64,000 nucleotides of DNA from an uncultured virus (IMG/VR IMGVR_UViG_3300027851_000026) (taxonomy: Duplodnaviria > Heunggongvirae > Uroviricota > Caudoviricetes). Location: the IMG/VR virus record IMGVR_UViG_3300027851_000026. One strand, given 5' to 3'. A program made the position numbers and the translations under genes. Below, piece by piece: positions 58,509 through 64,000 of this stretch (its first letter is position 1; every line of letters starts with the position of its first letter). The notes under the pieces were generated by a model, which worked only from the letters and a program-made list of their open reading frames with translations, did not search any database and was not told the DNA's origin.

Positions 58509-58807
58509 CCCTCTCCCTTCGTCTGAGTGGCGGGGGAAGGCACAGGCTCCGCTTCGCTGCGCACCTGTTCCCCGGCGTCGGCGCGACCTTCCGCCTTCGC
58601 TTCCCACGTCGGGCACGGCGTGATCTGGCAGAGGTCACGAACGTGCATGTCGGCCGTCCGCCAGTTCACCATTGCGGGATCGCCCGGCCTCCACTTCGGC
58701 GTCTTGTCGAGCGTGACTGGGTGGCCGCAATCCACAAACTCGGTGATCTGCGGAGAGCCGCCGTAGGTGTTGTGTTTGCACGTGCGGCAGTCTTGCTCGT
58801 CTGTCAT
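58505..58807 (-). CDS. Cys-rich hypothetical protein
   Basis: CRTCKH...C...CP.WE. Confidence 0.65.
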   Translation of the reverse strand: MTDEQDCRTCKHNTYGGSPQITEFVDCGHPVTLDKTPKWRPGDPAMVNWRTADMHVRDLCQITPCPTWEAKAEGRADAGEQVRSEAEPVPSPATQTKGEG

Positions 58808-59166
58808 CTCACGCTCTCCCAGAACGCATGCAGTTCAGACAGATCCAGAGGCTCGACGGGGTTGCAGCCGTTCGCCTCCAGATCCTTGTCGATGGCGCCC
58901 ATGACGTTGCCGAGCTGGTCGATTGCGCCGCCGGCTACTTCGTGCAGCCAGCCGTTCATTTCCTGCCTGCGGTTCGTGGGGAGAGCCTGGAACCGCCGCA
59001 GGACGCGCAGCAGATCGTCGGCAGCAGCGAACGCCTCTTGGCAATCGTCGTGAGCCGAGGCGAGGGCGAGGCCCTGAGAGCGGCGCGTCGCGCTCACAAG
59101 GTCCAGCCTGCTCACACGTCCCGGCGCGCTCTCGCGGATCAGGGCGGGGATATAGGTGGTGTCCAT
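58804..59166 (-). CDS. Hypothetical protein
   Basis: AAGGAG RBS. Confidence 0.65.
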   Translation of the reverse strand: MDTTYIPALIRESAPGRVSRLDLVSATRRSQGLALASAHDDCQEAFAAADDLLRVLRRFQALPTNRRQEMNGWLHEVAGGAIDQLGNVMGAIDKDLEANGCNPVEPLDLSELHAFWESVR

Positions 59167-59167
59167 G

Positions 59168-59737
59168 TCAGGACTCCTTCGCCTTGATGGATGCGACAGC
59201 CAGTTGCGCCTTATGCCGCTCAATCTCGCGCTCGCAGCGCTTGATTTCCTTGCGGTGATACGAGGCGTTCCAAGCCCATGTCCGCGTGTCGCGTTCCTTG
59301 CGATAAACGCGGGCCATTTCTTCCTGTTTGGCAGCCTCGGCAAGCTCCACGCCCTTGGCCTCGGCCTCCTCGCGAGAGGCAAATACGTCTTTTGACAGGA
59401 ACGTATACCCGCCGACCAAATCAGTGACGCGGTACTCGACACCCTCAGCATTCATCTCGATCCCGGTCACACGAGCAAGCGCCGCTCTAGCTGCTCGCTT
59501 ATGGACGATGATCCGGCCAGTGGGGGGCTCCCAGCCGCGCGAGCAATTTGCGCAGTGGATCGATACCTGCGTCTCGTCATGGAATGTGACGCGCAGCCGG
59601 CCAGTGCCGCCGCAGTCGGGGCACTCGACGCTCGACTCAGTTGTATCGAAGCGAGCCATCCAAACCGTGTCGCCAATGTTGAATGCAGGGCGAGATTGGT
59701 GCGAGGCCATCGAGCCGAGCCCGTTCATGTCTTCCAT
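59168..59737 (-). CDS. Zn-finger (CPDCGGTG) phage protein
   Basis: FNIGD.VW, CxxCxGxG, VFASREEA. Confidence 0.75.
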   Translation of the reverse strand: MEDMNGLGSMASHQSRPAFNIGDTVWMARFDTTESSVECPDCGGTGRLRVTFHDETQVSIHCANCSRGWEPPTGRIIVHKRAARAALARVTGIEMNAEGVEYRVTDLVGGYTFLSKDVFASREEAEAKGVELAEAAKQEEMARVYRKERDTRTWAWNASYHRKEIKRCEREIERHKAQLAVASIKAKES

Positions 59738-59783
59738 ATCTCACACTCCTGCTTTGGAGAGGGCGCGTCGAAAGCGGCCGGGG

Positions 59784-60107
59784 TTAGTCTGTGGGCGGTT
59801 CATAGGTCGCGTTCGCCATGTTCACGATCCAGTTGGCGATATCTCGCTCAAGATCGGCAGCCACGATGATCTCAAGCTTATTGCTGAGGATATTGACGAA
59901 CGGCGGCTTTGATCCGTCACCCCACGGCTCGATATGCCAAGGCAACCCGAACCTGTCCGCATGGCGTTTGGCGAGACCCGTCTCAAACACGGCCATAGCC
60001 TTCCGCACTCCGGGGCTCCAGTGGTCGGAGCAGTGCGAGTACCCGCTGTCGCCGGGGCCAAATTCGCCGCCGCACTGACTGCAATACGTTTTCTCAAATT
60101 TACTCAT
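59784..60107 (-). CDS. Hypothetical protein (CSQCG..FGPG..G.SHC module)
   Basis: GAGG RBS. Confidence 0.65.
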   Translation of the reverse strand: MSKFEKTYCSQCGGEFGPGDSGYSHCSDHWSPGVRKAMAVFETGLAKRHADRFGLPWHIEPWGDGSKPPFVNILSNKLEIIVAADLERDIANWIVNMANATYEPPTD

Positions 60108-60172
60108 TGCACTTGTCCTCTGATGAAGTTCGAAGCGGGTGCGGAGCGATGCGAAGCAGAGCGAGCCCGCGT

Positions 60173-60463
60173 CTACACTCCTGCTTTGGAGAGGGCGGCG
60201 CGGAGAAGTTCGACGCCCCAGAGGCAGCCTTCGTCGCCGACAAGCGCTTTGCCTTCGGCGCTCTCCAGCATGGCAAGTGTGCGCTGGCACGCCTCCACCA
60301 GATCAGGAGCGGCGGAGATCAGGCGGGCGTTGGCCCCCATGCGTGCGTCGTACTTGCATTCTGGGTGGTCGCCGTAAACGGCAGCGATCATCTGGTCGTT
60401 GGCCGCGTGAACGGAGGTTCCGTTCTCAGTCCAAGGCCCCGGCGTGTACTTCGCGTCTCCCAT
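60173..60463 (-). CDS. TPGPW/ANARLI.AAPDL-family protein
   Basis: Motifs; paralog of 60490..60789. Confidence 0.75.
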   Translation of the reverse strand: MGDAKYTPGPWTENGTSVHAANDQMIAAVYGDHPECKYDARMGANARLISAAPDLVEACQRTLAMLESAEGKALVGDEGCLWGVELLRAALSKAGV

Positions 60464-60489
60464 TTCCCTCTCCTCTATCCCGGTGTGCG

Positions 60490-60789
60490 TTAGGACGAAG
60501 CCTTGGCGATGGCGGCATTGGCCTTCACCCACCACGCGGGGCGCGTATCATCGCCAAGAGGACCGTGTGCAACGACGGCTTCTGTCAAAAGGGAAAGCAG
60601 GTCAGGCGCGGCGGCGATGAGGCGGGCGTCCGCAATGCGGGCTTGGAGCGCCGGCCCTGCGTAAGCTCTAGTGGGCATGTTGACGACGGTCAGAACCTCG
60701 GGGCCGCCGTTGATATGCGGGCCGATCCAGATGTCGCCTTGGTTGTAGTCAATGCGCCAAGGCCCCGGTGTGTGCTTCGCGGCTTCCAT
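60490..60789 (-). CDS. TPGPW/ARLIAAAPDL-family protein, first gene of PL operon
   Basis: Motifs; GAGGAG RBS. Confidence 0.75.
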   Translation of the reverse strand: MEAAKHTPGPWRIDYNQGDIWIGPHINGGPEVLTVVNMPTRAYAGPALQARIADARLIAAAPDLLSLLTEAVVAHGPLGDDTRPAWWVKANAAIAKASS

Positions 60790-60832
60790 CTTCCTCTCCT
60801 CTATCCCCGGCGCGTTTGCGGGGGCGAGGAGG

Positions 60833-60876
60833 AAGGTAATGGGAGGTTTCCCATTCGTCAATAGGAAACATCCCAA
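60833..60876 (-). promoter_or_regulatory. PL promoter with two operators
   Basis: TTGACG-17-TACCTT; ATGGGAGGTTTCCCAT (60839..60854) and ATAGGAAACATCCCAA (60861..60876). Confidence 0.8.
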
Positions 60877-60993
60877 TCTTTTGACGTCCGTTATCTCCCG
60901 GCGTATTCTGCCGTTATGTCATCGAGCTGCCTGAAGGGGTTGCCCGCCAGCCTACTGCCCGACGCTACGAACTTCTTCGTGGAGAAGGCAAGC

Positions 60994-61395
60994 CTAGGCT
61001 CGGCTGCCTTTTATCCCCTCTTCGAATGCCATCGTGGCTTCGGCGTTGCCGACACGAAAACGGTAGGTGGCTCTACTCCCGCCGCCTCCGGGCAGATCGT
61101 CTCGGCGGCCGGAAATGAACAGGGTTCCGGCCCGGTTGTGAGCCCGAAGCGAAGCCGCCGAAAGGCCTAGTTGTGCAGCCAACCGGTCGGCGTCCACGCC
61201 GACCGCATTGCCTCCGTCTGTTCGCTCAAGTCTGATCGTCAACGCCGCGCCGGGCTGCGGCGCCCCGCCGCCGGACTGATACAGGAACAGGTAGTTGCGC
61301 CAAATCCATTCGCCGTCGACCTTGGCGAAGTCGGGTAGCGCCTCGCCTTGTCCCTCCGGTGGCCATTCCTCGGGGCGCCTGCTATCCGCCATCAC
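60994..61395 (-). CDS. Hypothetical protein co-transcribed with repressor
   Basis: Coupled to cI stop. Confidence 0.6.
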   Translation of the reverse strand: MMADSRRPEEWPPEGQGEALPDFAKVDGEWIWRNYLFLYQSGGGAPQPGAALTIRLERTDGGNAVGVDADRLAAQLGLSAASLRAHNRAGTLFISGRRDDLPGGGGSRATYRFRVGNAEATMAFEEGIKGSRA

Positions 61396-62072
61396 ATCCT
61401 CGCCCAGACGCCGACGACGCGGCCGTTGATGTAGGCCTCGCCAAGGTTGCGCTCGTAAGCCTGGAAAGCCGCGTTGGCGCTGCTGATCCGCACCCGTAGC
61501 GGGTCGCTGTTCGGCACGACCTCGACATATTTAAGAACGAGGGCCAGCCCGTCCCAAACGACGAAAATACCGGGCGGAGAGGGAACGGTATCCTCGATGT
61601 CGACCATGACGCGCTGACCCGGCCACAGCTTAGGCTCCATGCTGTTGCCCTTGACCGCTAGTATCTTGATCCGGTTCGAGGAAATGCCGTAGGCCTCGCG
61701 AAAGCTCGCAGTCGGCATGGTGTGGACGCCGACAATAGCAACGCCTTCATCGCTCGCCATCAGTGTCCCGTCGCCGTCGATCCCCATTCCGGCACTCGCG
61801 TGAACCTCCAGCTCGGCGATCTCGACCGTGTCGCCGGTCATTGACCGCTTCTGTGGCGGAGGCGGCGGGCGCTCGCCGGTCAGGTCGGCAAGCGTGCAAC
61901 CCAGCACTTTTGCAATTTTTGCCAGCGTATCGTGCCGAGGGTTTTTTGAGCGCCCTTCGATGATGTCGCGCGCCGCAGTGTCATTGAGGCCGGCCTTCTT
62001 CGAAAGACTCTTGGCGTTCATGCCCAACAAGGTCATGCGCCGTTCGATTTGTTTGGCAACGATGGAACTCAT
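61392..62072 (-). CDS. cI: CI-like repressor (XRE HTH plus S24 peptidase)
   Basis: N-terminal HTH, AG cleavage site, VKGNSMEP, LKY, GRVV. Confidence 0.92.
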   Translation of the reverse strand: MSSIVAKQIERRMTLLGMNAKSLSKKAGLNDTAARDIIEGRSKNPRHDTLAKIAKVLGCTLADLTGERPPPPPQKRSMTGDTVEIAELEVHASAGMGIDGDGTLMASDEGVAIVGVHTMPTASFREAYGISSNRIKILAVKGNSMEPKLWPGQRVMVDIEDTVPSPPGIFVVWDGLALVLKYVEVVPNSDPLRVRISSANAAFQAYERNLGEAYINGRVVGVWARM

Positions 62073-62107
62073 CCCCTGAAGATGCATCGGCAGCCGCAAT
62101 CGAGATA

Positions 62108-62151
62108 ATGGGAAGTTACCCATTGACCATGGGATTTTTCCAACTTATCTT
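62108..62151 (+). promoter_or_regulatory. PR promoter with two operators
   Basis: TTGACC-17-TATCTT; ATGGGAAGTTACCCAT (62108..62123) and ATGGGATTTTTCCAAC (62129..62144). Confidence 0.8.
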
Positions 62152-62159
62152 CCGTCTCC

Positions 62160-62399
62160 ATGACAGGCACCGCATCACTTCTCGCAGAGATCGAGAGCTT
62201 CCTTGCCGAGACCGGCATGAAAAAGACCGTCTTCGGCCGCGCCGCGTTGAACGATGGAGCTTTCGTAAAGCGCCTCCAAGACGGCGCGGACGTTACGCTC
62301 GGCACAGCCGACAGGGTGCGCGCCTACATCGGCGCACAACGCGCGAAGGCCGCGCCCAAGCGTCGCCGCTCTGCCGCGGAGCAGAGGGCCACCCCATGA
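62160..62399 (+). CDS. cro: Cro-like protein
   Basis: Divergent from cI; IE.FL...GM..T.FG..A.ND..FV.RL..G. Confidence 0.8.
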   Translation: MTGTASLLAEIESFLAETGMKKTVFGRAALNDGAFVKRLQDGADVTLGTADRVRAYIGAQRAKAAPKRRRSAAEQRATP

Positions 62400-62707
62400 C
62401 CATAGACCCGGAGAAGCTGGAAGAGGCGGCCGAACACTTGAGCAAGCAGGCTCAAACCGAACACGATTGGATTCATGTGCGGCGCTCGCAGGTTGTCATT
62501 GCGGTTGAAGCCGCCCGCATCACGCTCAATTCCCTCCCCCGATACAAGGAGGTGGAAGTGGAAAGCTGGGCGACGTTCTTTCATGACGGGCGCATCTGCA
62601 GTTCTGGCCTGACAGAAAAGGAAGCGCGAGGGGCAGCGGCTCGCAGCCCTCTTGAACAGGTCGCCGTCCGCCTCACCGGCACAGCCAAGGTGACGGTGAC
62701 GCCGTGA
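62396..62707 (+). CDS. Hypothetical protein
   Basis: ATGA-coupled ORF. Confidence 0.6.
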   Translation: MTIDPEKLEEAAEHLSKQAQTEHDWIHVRRSQVVIAVEAARITLNSLPRYKEVEVESWATFFHDGRICSSGLTEKEARGAAARSPLEQVAVRLTGTAKVTVTP

Positions 62708-62871
62708 GCACTTGGGAGGACGCCTGCGACCCTGTGCCGGCAAGGCGGGAACTGACGGACATGGAAAAGCGCCGTCTGGCCGCCCTCATGGAGCTTCGAC
62801 GCCGGCAAAGGATTGCGCCCGCCGATTCGGTGTCGGGCGTTGACCGCGACTTCGAAGACATGGGTGCTTAG
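62704..62871 (+). CDS. 55-aa hypothetical protein
   Basis: GTGA-coupled; fills gap. Confidence 0.5.
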   Translation: MSTWEDACDPVPARRELTDMEKRRLAALMELRRRQRIAPADSVSGVDRDFEDMGA

Positions 62872-63435
62872 GTGGAGCGCGACGGCATCGGGTACTTCGA
62901 GGAACTGCAGGCAGAGCGAGAGGCCATACTCGCCAACGTGGCGCCGCGGCATCGCGAGAGGCTTCGCGGCTGGGCGCCCCCGCAGGTGCAGCCCAAGACA
63001 CACCAGATCACGGTCAACCTGAAGACGGGCGAGCGCGAGGTTTCCGAGGTTGACGCCCGGCCTAAGCGCCGCCGTCCCGCTCCCAAACTGGCCGATGTCG
63101 GCATCTACGTGGCCCGTGGACTTCCGCGAATCCCGAGACAGGAAGCGTTCCGCCTCATCGCCGCGGTGGGTTCCGAGTGGGAGGTGTCGCAGCACGCCCT
63201 GGTGAGCCCGAGCCGGACGCACCGCACATCTCGCCCGCGCTTTGCCTGCTACTGGCTGCTTGCCGAGCGCCTGCGGTTCTCCCTCCCGCGCATTGGCCGC
63301 CTGATGGGCAACCGCGATCACACCACCGTTTTGTCGGGAATCCGCCGCGCCAAGGATCTGCTTGAGAGCGATTGCGGATGGCGCGCCAAATACGAGGCCG
63401 TCGTGGCAAAGCTCGACGCGGCAGGTGCGCCATGA
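62872..63435 (+). CDS. DnaA C-terminal-domain (HTH) protein
   Basis: SLPRIGRLMGNRDHTTVLSGIRR. Confidence 0.8.
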   Translation: MERDGIGYFEELQAEREAILANVAPRHRERLRGWAPPQVQPKTHQITVNLKTGEREVSEVDARPKRRRPAPKLADVGIYVARGLPRIPRQEAFRLIAAVGSEWEVSQHALVSPSRTHRTSRPRFACYWLLAERLRFSLPRIGRLMGNRDHTTVLSGIRRAKDLLESDCGWRAKYEAVVAKLDAAGAP

Positions 63436-63771
63436 CCGCATCACTCGCCCGAATGGAAGAGGGGAAGCCGTCGGCCTTGGGGCGCTGCTTGTTGGCGACC
63501 AACGACTTCCCCCTGCGGCAACCGCGCCGCATCTCGATTCATCCGGGCCTCGTCTCGATTCCTGGCAGTCAATCCGTTCTCGAAACTCCCTCCCAGCCTT
63601 GCCCCCTCGGCTGGGAACCTTGCGGCAGCGTCCGTCATCCCACTGGTGGGCGCTGCCGCACTTTCATTTCCCTCACGAAGCACGATCAGCTTGGCGGCGA
63701 TTTGCTTCGTGAGGGAGCCCAGCGGCTTCCATGTTTCGACCTTCGTCATGGGTCTCAACATGAGGGAAGCC

Positions 63772-64000
63772 ATGATCGCGAAGTCGTCAAAGCCTGCCGG
63801 GAGTTTGGCAATGTCTGCCGCGTATTCGGCAATTGAGAAAGTGCGCCCCATGCTGGCCGCCATCGGCGGTCCGCGCTCGTGGGACGACACCAAGGACCAC
63901 TGGCGAAACAAGCTCGCCCGCAAGGTCGGAATCAACGCCCGGCGCATTCGGGCAATCCTCTCTGGCACCGAAGAAGTAAGGCTCACAGCCGATGAATATC
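63772..64000 (+). CDS. Putative HTH regulator (CII position), truncated by window end
   Basis: GAGGG RBS; LARKVGINARRIRAIL. Confidence 0.55.
   Translation, partial: MIAKSSKPAGSLAMSAAYSAIEKVRPMLAAIGGPRSWDDTKDHWRNKLARKVGINARRIRAILSGTEEVRLTADEY

Larger units (their letters stand above)
57079..58629. repeat. Exact 529-bp direct repeat (57079..57607 and 58101..58629), period 1022
   Basis: Manual comparison; identical ORF translations in both copies. Confidence 0.95.
46743..64000. mobile_element. Phage 2: partial GC-rich temperate (lambdoid-organisation) phage
   Basis: Lysis genes, int/xis/attP, Bet, Gp157, NinB, cI/cro; abrupt switch to GC-rich codon usage. Confidence 0.9.

Noticed and set aside
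49711..60170. Classical integron attC array
   Set aside because: No RYYYAAC/GTTRRRY boxes, mixed orientation, and the integrase looks like a tRNA-targeting phage Int

Overview
The window holds two different tailed phages joined at a shared gene, most likely by the assembler. Bases 1..46615 form an apparently complete, circularly permuted podovirus-like genome. Its + strand carries TerL, portal, scaffold, MCP, adaptor, nozzle, tail fibre, lysis and ejection proteins. Its - strand carries a DUF3987-like ATPase, a UDG-PolA fusion, dNMP kinase, MazG-like enzyme, RecD-like helicase, tRNA-Thr, SSB, AAA ATPase, PD-(D/E)XK nuclease, SpoU methyltransferase, DUF932 and a GHKL protein, all driven by near-consensus sigma70 promoters. 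Bases 1..244 repeat at 46616..46859, identical for exactly 127 nt. After this point the sequence continues into a GC-richer temperate phage, probably infecting an alphaproteobacterium (inference). It encodes lysis genes, a tRNA-like element, int/attP/xis, HNH, NinB, Bet, Gp157, and cI/cro with operators. The most unusual signal is in the temperate phage's early-left operon: about 11 intergenic hairpin elements with covarying stems, G...A/G...A internal loops and GNA triloops. They bound gene modules swapped exactly from start codon to stop codon, and one of them forms the junction of a 1022-bp tandem unit. This is a candidate cassette-shuffling system. All calls are by-eye motif recognition; no database searches were run.
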